Of a DNA stretch of 64,000 nucleotides, positions 1 through 10,800 are shown piece by piece. The first letter of the stretch is position 1; the number at the start of each line of letters is the position of its first letter. The stretch covers positions 10,060 through 74,059 of the forward strand of contig CAAGJD010000129.1 in the NCBI GenBank assembly GCA_900770055.1. Direction: 5' to 3'. Under the pieces are notes generated by a model. That model did no database searches. It was not told the origin of the DNA and saw only the letters and a program-made list of their open reading frames with translations. This DNA is from Acholeplasmatales bacterium (GTDB lineage Bacteria > Bacillota_I > Bacilli_A > Acholeplasmatales > Anaeroplasmataceae). The translations under genes and the position numbers were made by a program.

Positions 1-1
1 A

Positions 2-2104
2 TACGAAAATAGTGATTATAAAATAATAGAGGTAGACGAAAGTCTATCCCTATTATCTTCTTATAATATACTTCAAGCAGATAGTGAAACATCTGGAAGA
101 GACCCTCATATTTGTAAATTACTATTATTTCAATTAGGAAGTCCTGATAAAGAAATTCAAGTAGTTATTGATTGTACTACAATAGATATTAGAAAATATA
201 AGGATATACTTGAATCTAAAGGCTTAATATTTCAAAATGCTAAATTTGATTTACAGTTTTTATATAATTATGGTATTATTCCTTTAAAAATATATGATAC
301 TATGATTGTAGAACAGTTATTATATTTAGGCTATCTTCCTGAATATAAAGACCCTATAAATGGTATATCTTATGGACTTAAAGATATAGCATATAGAAGG
401 TTAAATCAATATATTGATAAAACTATAAGAGGGCAAATACAATGGAGGGGTATAGATAATTCTGTGATACTTTATGCTGCAAATGATATAGTGTATCTTT
501 ATGATATAATGAAAAGCCAAATAAAAGATTGTACTAAAAAGGAATGCATAAAAGCAGCTAGATTAGAATGTGAATTTGTACCTGTAATGGCTTATCTTGA
601 ATGGTGTGGTATTCATTTAGATGAAAATAAGTGGAAATCTAAAATGAAAAAGGACAAAGAAAATCTAAATAAATCTGTAGAAGATTTAAATAATTTTGTT
701 TGTTCTAATCCAGATTTAAAAGAATTTACTTATATAAATACTCAGGGAGATTTATTTTCAGGATTTGACACTACTCCTAAATGCACTATTAATTGGGCTT
801 CTTCAAGTCAAGTAATTCCTTTATTAAAGAAATTGGGTTTTAATACTACTATTGAAGATAAAAAGACTGGAGAAGATAAAGATAGTGCTATGGAAAAAGT
901 ATTAAAGAAACAAAAAGGTATTAATGATGAATTTTTAAGACTTTATTTAGGTAAGGGAAATGAAGAAGATGAAGATTACTATGCAGGATATAATGGGTCT
1001 GCAAAAGTAGTTACTTCCTTTGGACAAAATCATCTTAATGCTATTAATCCATACACTAATAGAATACATACTCAATATTGGCAATTAGGATGTGATACTG
1101 GAAGAATGTCTTGTGGTAGTAAAGATAATAATAATGATTTAGCTAAATTAAAAAAGTTACCTATAAATCCATCAAATAAGCAGAAAAAAGAAGGAAAAGC
1201 CTGCCCTTATCCTAATATGCAACAACTTCCTAGTGATAAAGTAACTAGAGCATGTTTTACTGCTATGAAAGGTAATAAATGGTGTAGTTGTGATTACAGT
1301 GCTATTGAAAGTAGATTAGGTGCTGATATATACCAAGAAAAGTCTATGATTAATGAGTTCTTACATGGTAGCGGAGATATACACTCTTTATGCGCTTATA
1401 TGGTATATACTGATATAATACCTAGAGATACTCCTATTAAAGATATTAATAAATTATATCCTCACCAAAGAAAAGAAGTAAAAAGCATTGAGTTCTCCCA
1501 ACAGTTTGGTGGAAGTGAGTATGCAATTCAAAATGCTATGGGATGTACTCTTGAAAAAGCTAAAGCTTTTAAGGAAGCCTATTCTAAAGGTTTTCCTGGA
1601 ATAGCTAAATATAAGGAAAAAGCATCAAAAATAGTAAGAAATAAGGGTTATATACTATTATGTCCTATTACAGGGCACAAAACTTATTGGACAGGATTTA
1701 ATAAATGGAAAGAAGTTCAATCTTCATATACTCAATCTTTTTGGGATGAATATAGAAATATTCATAAATCTAATAAAGATGATATATATAAAGAAGTAAA
1801 AAAACACTTTCAAGAAGTATCAAAATTTGATAGAAAATCTCTCAATTCACCAACGCAAGGCACAGGAGCTATAATACTAAAAGATAGTCAAATAAAAATA
1901 TTTAATTGGGTAGTAAATAATGGATATTTTGGAAAATGTTTATTATGTAATTTAACTCATGATGAATGTAATTGGGAGTATCCAGAAGAGTTAGAAATCT
2001 TTCCTAATATAGTAAGTAAAACTATGGAAGAGTCTGCTAGAATATATTGTAAGTCATTACCTGTACCAGCAGAAGTTTCTATAGGAGATTTTTGGATTCA
2101 CTAA
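2..2104 (+). CDS. polA: Family A DNA polymerase with 3'-5' exonuclease domain, 5'-truncated by the window edge
   Basis: The frame of the 302..2104 ORF is open back to base 2 and adds ExoI (ADSETSG) and ExoII (QNAKFDL). ExoIII is YAAND. Polymerase motifs: TGRMS, A (DYSAIESR), B (RKEVKSIEFSQQFG), C (THDE). Confidence 0.95.
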   Translation, partial: YENSDYKIIEVDESLSLLSSYNILQADSETSGRDPHICKLLLFQLGSPDKEIQVVIDCTTIDIRKYKDILESKGLIFQNAKFDLQFLYNYGIIPLKIYDTMIVEQLLYLGYLPEYKDPINGISYGLKDIAYRRLNQYIDKTIRGQIQWRGIDNSVILYAANDIVYLYDIMKSQIKDCTKKECIKAARLECEFVPVMAYLEWCGIHLDENKWKSKMKKDKENLNKSVEDLNNFVCSNPDLKEFTYINTQGDLFSGFDTTPKCTINWASSSQVIPLLKKLGFNTTIEDKKTGEDKDSAMEKVLKKQKGINDEFLRLYLGKGNEEDEDYYAGYNGSAKVVTSFGQNHLNAINPYTNRIHTQYWQLGCDTGRMSCGSKDNNNDLAKLKKLPINPSNKQKKEGKACPYPNMQQLPSDKVTRACFTAMKGNKWCSCDYSAIESRLGADIYQEKSMINEFLHGSGDIHSLCAYMVYTDIIPRDTPIKDINKLYPHQRKEVKSIEFSQQFGGSEYAIQNAMGCTLEKAKAFKEAYSKGFPGIAKYKEKASKIVRNKGYILLCPITGHKTYWTGFNKWKEVQSSYTQSFWDEYRNIHKSNKDDIYKEVKKHFQEVSKFDRKSLNSPTQGTGAIILKDSQIKIFNWVVNNGYFGKCLLCNLTHDECNWEYPEELEIFPNIVSKTMEESARIYCKSLPVPAEVSIGDFWIH

Positions 2105-2115
2105 AATAAATAATT

Positions 2116-2358
2116 ATGGAAGAAAAAAATAATAATGTAAATCATCCTCCTCACTATACTCAGGGAAATATTGAGTGTATTGATGCTATGCAGGCTGCTT
2201 ATGGTATAGAAGCAGTAATTCACTTTTGTATGTGTAATGCCTTTAAATATCAATGGCGTTTTAGATTAAAAAATAATAGAGAGGATATTCTTAAATGTCA
2301 GTGGTATCAAAATAAAATGATAGAGTTGGAAAATAAATTAAATCAAAAAGAAGTATGA
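2116..2358 (+). CDS. DUF3310 family protein (T7 gp1.7-like, putative nucleotide kinase)
   Basis: Signature VNHPPHY..GNIECIDAM...NAFKY.WR...K...EDI.K..WY. Confidence 0.85.
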   Translation: MEEKNNNVNHPPHYTQGNIECIDAMQAAYGIEAVIHFCMCNAFKYQWRFRLKNNREDILKCQWYQNKMIELENKLNQKEV

Positions 2359-2498
2359 CATTTATAATTCATTTTAAAGATAAACCTAGAGAAACCTATA
2401 GTAATAGGTATGATGAGGATGTAGAGTATGAAAGAGATGCAGCTTGGGATGATGTTTATGCAAAATTTCCTGATGCTGATTATATTGAATCTTTTTAA
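2355..2498 (+). CDS. Small acidic hypothetical protein (47 aa, MTFIIHFKDKPRETYSNRY...), absent from the ORF track
   Basis: ATGA overlap with the upstream stop; fills the gap in a tight operon. Confidence 0.7.
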   Translation: MTFIIHFKDKPRETYSNRYDEDVEYERDAAWDDVYAKFPDADYIESF

Positions 2499-2508
2499 AT
2501 TAAAAAGT

Positions 2509-2691
2509 ATGTCATCAATTAGAGTAAATGTTAAAACAAAAGCTACAGAAACCCTAAAACTATCTAATAAATTTAGGTCATATCTTTTTGAGCAAGAATA
2601 TGATGAATTAAGTAATTGTACTCCTGCTCAGAAGAAAACCCTTAGAGATGCTTTAGCAGTTTTAGATTTAATAATTAAGAATAGTAAATAA
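2509..2691 (+). CDS. Hypothetical protein (60 aa, MSSIRVNVKT...)
   Basis: Start moved from 2428 to 2509, which has an A-rich leader and removes the overlap with 2355..2498. Confidence 0.65.
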   Translation: MSSIRVNVKTKATETLKLSNKFRSYLFEQEYDELSNCTPAQKKTLRDALAVLDLIIKNSK

Positions 2692-2696
2692 TAAAA

Positions 2697-2993
2697 ATGA
2701 ATAATTATGATTACCCTATAGGTGCAGATAATAAATCTGCACCTTGGAATGAAAAAGAAAATTCTGAGAGGGAAATAGAAGTAACAATAAGTGTAACACT
2801 TAGTAAAACTACAAAGATTAAAGTATCTGACTATAAGATTACTAACTCTGGAAAGGATGAAGATGGTGAGTATTTTGAAGAAATAGACTATTCAAACTGT
2901 GATCTTGAAGAAGCAGTTAAAGAACAAATTAAATTGCCCCAAGATACATATAAGGATTGGAATATAGATGATTTTGAAATTATAAAAGAATGA
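2697..2993 (+). CDS. Hypothetical phage protein (YPIGAD...APWNE)
   Basis: ORF in a tight operon with an A-rich leader. Confidence 0.75.
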   Translation: MNNYDYPIGADNKSAPWNEKENSEREIEVTISVTLSKTTKIKVSDYKITNSGKDEDGEYFEEIDYSNCDLEEAVKEQIKLPQDTYKDWNIDDFEIIKE

Positions 2994-3253
2994 TTATGAA
3001 AGTATTAAAATTTTATTCAGAAACTTGTGGTTCTTGTAAAATATTAGAAAAAAATCTTCAGCTTGCAGATATTCCACATAAATGTATAGATGCTCAGTCT
3101 ATGAAAAATGAAGCTATTATAGCTAAGTATAATATAATGGCTGTGCCTACTCTTATTTTAATAAATGATAAAGATGAAGTTATAAAAAGGCACAGAGGAC
3201 TACTAAATGTCCAAGAACTAAAGGAATTTTATAATAATATTAACAATTCTTAG
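2990..3253 (+). CDS. Thioredoxin-like protein
   Basis: KFYSETCGSC (CxxC) and the cis-Pro motif AVPTLI. Confidence 0.85.
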   Translation: MIMKVLKFYSETCGSCKILEKNLQLADIPHKCIDAQSMKNEAIIAKYNIMAVPTLILINDKDEVIKRHRGLLNVQELKEFYNNINNS

Positions 3254-3262
3254 TTAATAAGT

Positions 3263-3439
3263 ATGGAAGAATTAGTAATAATGGATTATTCAACTTTATC
3301 CGTTCATTTTTATAAAATAGATCCTAATATTAATATAAATGAAGAATATATAAAAAATTTAGGATATAATACTGATGAATGTAGTTGGATGTTTGGTGAA
3401 GATATTAACATCTTTAAACATAAAGGAATATTAAAATAA
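3263..3439 (+). CDS. Small hypothetical protein (58 aa, MEELVIMDYSTL...), absent from the ORF track
   Basis: Open ATG..TAA frame filling the gap in the operon. Confidence 0.65.
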   Translation: MEELVIMDYSTLSVHFYKIDPNININEEYIKNLGYNTDECSWMFGEDINIFKHKGILK

Positions 3440-3453
3440 GAAAGAAGTATATT

Positions 3454-3834
3454 ATGTTTGGAGGACGTTTTGACAATTATCAATGGTATATTGATATTAT
3501 AGCTAATAGTCTAGAAGATTATATAAATGGCCATTCTATAGATGAAGAAGATATTGAAAGGTATATATATAATCATTGTTTAGAAGATAATGAAAAAGAG
3601 TATATACTAAAGAATAAACATACTATTCCTAATAAATACAATTTTAATGAAAATACTATCGAAGAATTTAAAAAAGGATTGGATATATTAAGAAAAGCTT
3701 TTATATATACTATAAGAATAGATTGGCTTCTTAGTGGTGATGAGGGAGAAGAATCTTTTCATAAAAGACTAAAAGAAGAGCTGGATAATTTGAAAAATAA
3801 GAAAAATGGAACTAATAAAACAAACACTGTTTAA
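3454..3834 (+). CDS. Hypothetical phage protein (IDWLLSGDEGEESF motif)
   Basis: ORF in the operon. Confidence 0.75.
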   Translation: MFGGRFDNYQWYIDIIANSLEDYINGHSIDEEDIERYIYNHCLEDNEKEYILKNKHTIPNKYNFNENTIEEFKKGLDILRKAFIYTIRIDWLLSGDEGEESFHKRLKEELDNLKNKKNGTNKTNTV

Positions 3835-3843
3835 AATAGAAAT

Positions 3844-4770
3844 ATGAAATTAATTAAACCATCGTACCAAATAATCAAACCTACAGGTTACACTATAGAT
3901 GATATATATAAATCTATAGAACTTGTAGGCAGAGTATCTCACAAAAGTGAAGATAAAATAACTGAAAATTCTGCTAAAACTTTTGTTAAAAGAATGATTA
4001 AGTTAGGTCATGGTGCTACATTAGAACATGGTACAATATATTTAAGTATTCCTTATAATTTTATTCATAGGATAACTAATATAGGATTATGTAGTAAGTA
4101 TATAAAAAATCCATACTCTAAATGTTTTATTTATTATGATATTGCAAAAACATCTTTAAATTTTAGAAGTGAGTTTGGCTCTCAAATAACAAAATATCTT
4201 GCAGTTACTACTAATCTAAGAGTATTAATAGAAAATAATTGGTTAGATGATTTAAAATATTTATGTGAACCTACAAAATTTCATGAAAAAAGATATACAG
4301 TAAAGTTTATATGTGATAGAGCAATAGCTAATGAATTTGTAAGGCACAGAAAATTTAGTTTTTTACAAGAATCTACAAGATATTGTAATTACTCTAAAGA
4401 TAAGTTTAATAATGAACTTACTTTTATTAAACCTTACTGGATAGAATATCTTGGAGAAATTAATGCAAATACTGAATTATGTTTTTTATCTAATCAGTAT
4501 AATAGAGAAGATCCTAATTTAAGATTCTTAGCAAGTTTAGCTAATAGTAAACATAATTATTTAGCTCTATTAAATAAAGGGTGGAAATCAGAACAAGCAA
4601 GAAATATATTACCTCTCTGCTTAAAGACAGAATTATATATGACTGGTTTTGAAAGTGATTGGGATCAATTTTTCAGATTAAGAACTGCTTCTAATGCTCA
4701 TCCTCAATCACGAGAATTAACTATTCCTTTAAAAGAAGAATTTATTAAGGAAAGATATATTATTGAATAA
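3844..4770 (+). CDS. thyX: Flavin-dependent thymidylate synthase ThyX
   Basis: GHGATLEH, the ThyX motif RHRKFSFLQESTRY, ARNILP and LR...AHPQ.R. Confidence 0.93.
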   Translation: MKLIKPSYQIIKPTGYTIDDIYKSIELVGRVSHKSEDKITENSAKTFVKRMIKLGHGATLEHGTIYLSIPYNFIHRITNIGLCSKYIKNPYSKCFIYYDIAKTSLNFRSEFGSQITKYLAVTTNLRVLIENNWLDDLKYLCEPTKFHEKRYTVKFICDRAIANEFVRHRKFSFLQESTRYCNYSKDKFNNELTFIKPYWIEYLGEINANTELCFLSNQYNREDPNLRFLASLANSKHNYLALLNKGWKSEQARNILPLCLKTELYMTGFESDWDQFFRLRTASNAHPQSRELTIPLKEEFIKERYIIE

Positions 4771-4777
4771 TATTACT

Positions 4778-4820
4778 AAGGGAGAATAAGTAAAATACTT
4801 GTTCTCCCTTTATTTTTTTT
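4778..4820 (+). terminator. Intrinsic terminator ending the replication operon
   Basis: Stem AAGGGAGAATAAGT/ACTTGTTCTCCCTT followed by a T-run; the single mismatch is a G-U pair on the + strand. Confidence 0.9.
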
Positions 4821-4828
4821 TAATAATA

Positions 4829-4859
4829 TTGTGTATTACAATTAAAATTTTTATCTTTG
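4829..4859 (+). promoter_or_regulatory. Bacteroidota primary-sigma promoter for the vRNAP operon
   Basis: TTG-N20-TATCTTTG (-33/-7 consensus). Confidence 0.85.
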
Positions 4860-4897
4860 CAGCAAAAGTAAATAATGTTTTAATAAATAATTAATTT

Positions 4898-7800
4898 ATG
4901 GGATTTAAATGCGCGTCTTTAAGTTTAAAAGAACTTGAGACTATAAAGAAAAATTTTAATGCCTCTATTCAAAATAATGAGCAGTTTGAGCGCACTGCTA
5001 ATAGTGCTTTAAAGAGGATTAAAGAAATGACTAGTATAGGAGATTTAAATGATGCAGAAATTATTACTACAGCTTCTTTAATTCTAACTGAAAATCCAGG
5101 AATGTCTATTGAGACACTGCTTAGTCCTTCAAATGCTGATATTTTAAATAGAGGGATTGCTGCACAGAGAAACAAGAAATCAGAAGAACTTGAAGCTTTT
5201 AATAATCCTATGATTAGTAATGCTGCTGTTAAAGTTCTTAAGCCTACTACTAGAATAACTAAAGAAACGGTACGTTCACAACCTAGAACATTATTTGTTA
5301 TAGGTGAGAATATTCAGGCTTATAATATTGTAGCAAAAGCTCTGGGTAGAACCCCTATAACAGTTTCTGGAGTAGAGGAAATTACGGACAAGGAGCAGCA
5401 AAGAACTCTTACTCATATTACTAGTAGTAATACTCAAGCTGTTATACGTACTAATACTAATGGAGACTTTAATCCTAATGTAATTGGTTTACCTGTGAAG
5501 CCTACAGCTTTTAAAAATGGCAAATTTACAAATGAAGATGAGGACCAATTTCAAGAAAGCCAGGAAGGGGAATTCATAGCGGCCATTAATCAATTTTGTG
5601 ATGAAGTTCTTAAATTATTAAGTACTGAAGATTTTGATAAAGTCGTATTTCCAGCAGAGTTTGCTTCTTCATTAGCAAGATTAAGAAAACCATTAGCTGA
5701 TAAAATGGTAGAAATTCTTAATAATAAGTTAGGTATACAATCTCAAGCTATTAGAATATTTCCTAAAGGCAGCCAAAACTGGAAAGGAGAATGGTATAAA
5801 ATAGAAATTTCTCAAAAACAAGTTAATAAAAAATCTTCTAATAAATCTAAATCTAATAGTAATACTAAAAATAAGGAACAGAAAGAAGCTTTAAAAAGCC
5901 TTGAAGCTGAAAGACCTATTTTATCTGCAGATATAACAGAAATAAAGGAGGAAGATTTGAACATTCTTTCTAAAGTTCTTCCTGATATAGAAGAAAGAAA
6001 AGCTAGAGTAGATTTTATTAACACTCTATTTTCTGCTAATCTTACTTCTATTATTAATTATTATAAAGCAGAATTAGCTAAAATGTCTCCTGAAGAGAAA
6101 GCAGCTAGAGGATTTGACTATCTGGAAAAAGGTCTTACTAAAGGCAGTGTTGCACAGCAGAGGATATTTGCTTTGACTAATATAGAACAAGATGGGCTAT
6201 CTTTAACAAATTATATATTTAAATCTATTAAAGATACTATGAATACTATAGTAACTTTAATGGAAAATCCTGATGCTATTTTTAATCCTAATGACCCAAA
6301 AGAAAACCAAATTACTAATATTGAATTTGTAGTAAATAATATTATTCTTAGAACTACTACTGATGCAGATGGTAATTCTGTTCCTGATGGTTTATTGGCT
6401 GTTGAGTTTGATAATCAGGCCTATGATTATGGATGGAATAAAGAGCAAAAAAGGCAGTATGCTTTTCGGAGAGCTAGAATACTAGCAAAAGCATTTAAAG
6501 TAATGCTTGATGAAAAGATATTTAAAGCCCTTTTAAAAGATGTAGCATTTGATTTATTATTTAATGAGGGTATTAGATTAGACTTTTCTGGTATTCCTAC
6601 TCAAACTAGAGAAGGGGAAGATGATGAAGACCTTAATGAGAGTAATATAGATGCTAATAAAGAGGGCTACATGATAAAATACAGATTACTAAATCCAGAT
6701 AAAACAATGTCAGTAAGGATGAAGAGTGCTTTTGCTAATTTATATTTAACTAGAGCTAATCCTGATGGTAGTTGGTCTTATGTGTATGATGATTTAGGGC
6801 AAAGAATTAGAATGAACCCCTCTTTAGCTTATTATACTATTCTTGAAGAATTTAGTGAAATGACTAAACCTGAAGATTTAGATACTATTATGGAGGATGC
6901 GGTAAATACCTATCCTTGGCTTAACTCTATTTATGATAAAGTAGTATTAAATCCTTATAATGCTAATGAGTATGATCCCAATTTTAGAAAAGAGTTTTTT
7001 ACTACATTTAGAAAGTCAGCAATTCCTTATGGTATGACTACTTTTGATGGTACTTTTACAAGACTGAATATGGATGCTAAAAGTGAGACTTTCTTACACG
7101 AGATTACTAAAGCATATGAAGGACGTGAAGTGCTTGGAGATAATTCTATTTATAATGCTGATGGTCAATGTAATGAAAGTAACGTAAAAAAGCTTGCCAA
7201 TCTTGTAAACTTTAGTGCTAAGTATATTACAGTGGGTAATAAAATAAAAAAGACAGCTAAAACTAATGAAGAACTAAAGAAAGATCATTCTATTGCTTGG
7301 GCTTATGATATTCTTACTAATAAAAATAGTAAATATAGAACTTCTAAGAATATTATAGATGCTATTAAGTTATTACAGGGGCTTGATAAAGACCATCCTA
7401 AAATTAGTCTTGAAGCTATGCTTAATAACTTAGGAGTAAATACGGCAAATATAAACTTAGGTGGTATTCTTCCTGATGTTTCTGAATTATCAGAAGAGAA
7501 CACTCTTAACACAGTCTTAAATACAGTAACTGATAAGCATATTAGTAAAATAAGTGCTATTATAGAAGCTGCTAGAGTTATTACTAATCAAAGTGAAGGA
7601 GAGACAGGGGGTTTTCATAAAGGTGATGACCTTGTTGCTAAATTTCAGTCTTCTTATTTAAGCATAGGCAATGCTCTAAGTATGGTATCTGAGGCTTATA
7701 CTTTAGCTACTTTTAGAGCACCTGATGGTACTGACAGATTCACTTATGCTGCTCCTGACTTTATTTCTGACTTTGTGAATAGTGTAACTTCTGAAGATAG

Positions 7801-10800
7801 AGAAAGTGGAAGTGAATACTTAGAACATAACTATGGTAGATTTGAGTTCTTTAGGGATAAAGAAACTAAAGAGTGGAACAACACTTTACTGGGAATGTTA
7901 TTTCATCCAAACCCACAAACAGGCAAATATAATGTAAGAGATAACTTTGAATATATTAATATGCTTGCTTTTGGTGGTAATAAGGATGCTAACTCTATTG
8001 GACAGGCAAATAAACATACAATGCTTCAAGGATTTATTAGTATGTATTATTCTGCTAATAATGATAGTGATGATAATACTTATGGATGGTATACTGGCCC
8101 ACTAATATCAGATGTAGATGCTTGTGTAATGTATAAATTGCCTAGATTTACTGGAGCAGGATACCAACAACAGCTTATTACTCTAATTACTAAAGTTCTA
8201 GAACAGGAGATAGACAGAGTTAATGCTGTAGATAGTGGAGATAACAATCTACAAATAGAGTTCTATAATGACAGTAAAAGCAATGCAAGAAAGTTTCAAT
8301 TCTTTCCAGAATTAAATGCAAGAAGGGAAGAGATACTTAATACTCTTGGAGCTATGGCTAGTGATAGTGCTAAAGAATATGCAGAACAAAAGCAGGCTTA
8401 TTTAGAAAGTATAATAGCTGAATTAATGCAAGAAAAAGTATCTAGATTTCTAAATGAGTTTAGTGAAGAGGAAAAAGGTGTACTTTGGGCATCTATTACT
8501 AAGATTGCAAAGAAAAAACAAAGAGATGAAGAAAAATTAGCAGAAATTGAGGGTAGAGAAATTAAAACCTTAGAAGAGATATTTAAAGAAGAGTCTATTC
8601 CTAATAGTGAGAAGATAGAGATAGTAAATGAAAAGCTTGAAGAATTCTATTACAATAATTTCTTTATGCATTCTCAATTAATTCAAGTGTTAGGTGGAGA
8701 CCTTGCTTATTATAAAAATTTTAGAGACTTTATAAAGAGATTTAAGCAGGCTTATGCTTGTGGAGAAAGACTTTATGCTAGAGATGAGAAGGGAGAGCCT
8801 ATAGTAGAACATTGTATGTACTCTGAGGATTTATATATGGTATCAAATAGTTGGAGCAGCATTAATAAGTTGCTTTCTGCTGATAAAACCATGACTTCTT
8901 TAGAAAAATCAATACTTAGAGGAGCTATAAATGCATTTAAAAATATTAATTCTACTGATGGCCAGTCATTTAGAACTATGAAATCTTTCAAAAAGATATT
9001 TGAAGCAAGGGGAATGTGGACAGATGCTATGGAAGATGCATATAATCATATTAGAGAAGGTAAGTCTACTCCTGATGATTTTTTGACTCTATGGCACCCA
9101 ATTAAACCTTTTGTATTTTCTTATGAAGCTAAAATGATTAATGGAAGACTGGAGAAAGTACCTGTACAACATAAGAACTCAGAGTATTTGCTTAATGCTA
9201 TATATTCGATGCTTAATGTTGCTATGAATAAATCTCCAGAATTACAAGCCATTCATCAATTTATGGAGGATAATGATATTGATGTACTGCACTTCCATTC
9301 AGTAGTAAAGGAGGGTTTTTTTGGTGCTGTTGATATTAACCATGATGAAAAAGCATTTAAGGAAGATTTCCCTAATAAGTCTTACAAAGAATACCTTGAA
9401 CAACAATTAGAATTACTTAAAACAGGTAAAATATCCCAAGAACAATATAATAAATCTATTTCTAAATATAGATTTAAGAATAAAGAGGCAGCATATAAAG
9501 CACTTCAAGAGCAAATGGGATCAAAAGATAATGAGGGTAATATAATTAAAGGGGAGGGCAATGCAATTAAGTTGGATGAAAATATGGACCATGTTATTCC
9601 ACTTGATGATTATTTAATTGTACAACCTTCTGATGACCATTTAGTTGATCATGAAGCTCTGTTTGGCTCTCAGTTAAGAAATATTATACCTGCTGATTTA
9701 CCAGACGATTTTACTCTTACTATTAATGGACAGACTTTAAATAGAGAAGAGGCTGTTCAGTACTATAATACTATTATTGCAGACCAGTTATTAGACTCTT
9801 TTTCTAAGGTAGATAGGGAATTTTCTAACATAGAAAAACTACAAAAAGCCCTATTAGCTAAAATGGAGAATAATCCTAAGTATGGTCCCGATGTAAAGCA
9901 GGCATTAGAGTTAAATGAAGATAAGACAGCATTTAAAATGCCATTTAATAGCCCTAACTTAACTAATAAGATTGAAGAGCTTATATTAAGCACTTTTAAA
10001 AATGCTATACAAAAACAAACTATTGATGGGGGAAATGTAGTTCTTGTATCTAATTATGGACTAAGTGATGAATTACATGTACAATGGAAAAATGCAAAAA
10101 CTGGAAAGCTAATTACATCTAAAAAAGATCTGGAAAATACACCAAAGGAAGATTTAGCGGTTGATCATATACCTTGCTATCTTCCCTATACTAAAAAAGA
10201 TATGTTAAAGGACTTTTTAGTAGAACAGCCTGATGGTACTTTTATACTTGATTTTAAAAAGATGGAAAGTATATTGGGTGATGAGTCTAAAAAGTTATTA
10301 GAAATAATAGGTTATAGAATTCCTACTGAAGATAAATACTCTGCTATGCCTTTAAGAATATATGGGTTTATGCCATCTATTTCAGGTACTACTATAATGC
10401 TTCCTTCGGACATTATTACAATGTCTGGTACTGACTTTGATATAGATAAACTCTTCATAATGATTAGAAGTATAAGAAGAGAAACTCATAGAGCAGAATT
10501 AAGGCAGGCTTTTTTACAGTGGTTAAATAAAAATAATCCATCAGGAGACGAAAGTTCAGCAGAATTGCTTAAAGGCCTATTGCTAAAGCAACTTAGTGAG
10601 GAAACAGATAATAAAGAAATAGAAGAGATTAAAAAAGCTATTGAAGAACTTGAGTCTTCTAAAAATATTAATCTCTCAGAAGTTAAAAAACTACTTAGAA
10701 GTAATAAAGGATTAACTGAACAAGAGATAGCTTCTATGGAAGAGCAGAGTGAGCTTTTTAGTAAATTTATGGAAGAAATAGGTTTTAATTATGCTTATAA

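Noticed and set aside
3251..3265. Stop-codon reassignment (TAG or TGA), known in some Crassvirales; the thioredoxin TAG is in frame with the next ORF
   Set aside because: Multi-kilobase ORFs are intact under the standard code, no suppressor tRNA was seen, and the MCP fragmentation is explained by introns
4969..9993. Short - strand ORFs inside the vRNAP gene, and similar antisense ORFs at 19202, 20924, 21269, 21809, 26154, 28511, 29328, 32902, 38363, 38466, 40890, 41469, 41982, 45623, 47056, 48035, 48108, 50629, 52843, 53440, 57270, 60801, 61697, 62342, 63141 and 63505
   Set aside because: They are antisense shadows of real genes, with S/F/L-rich composition and no motifs
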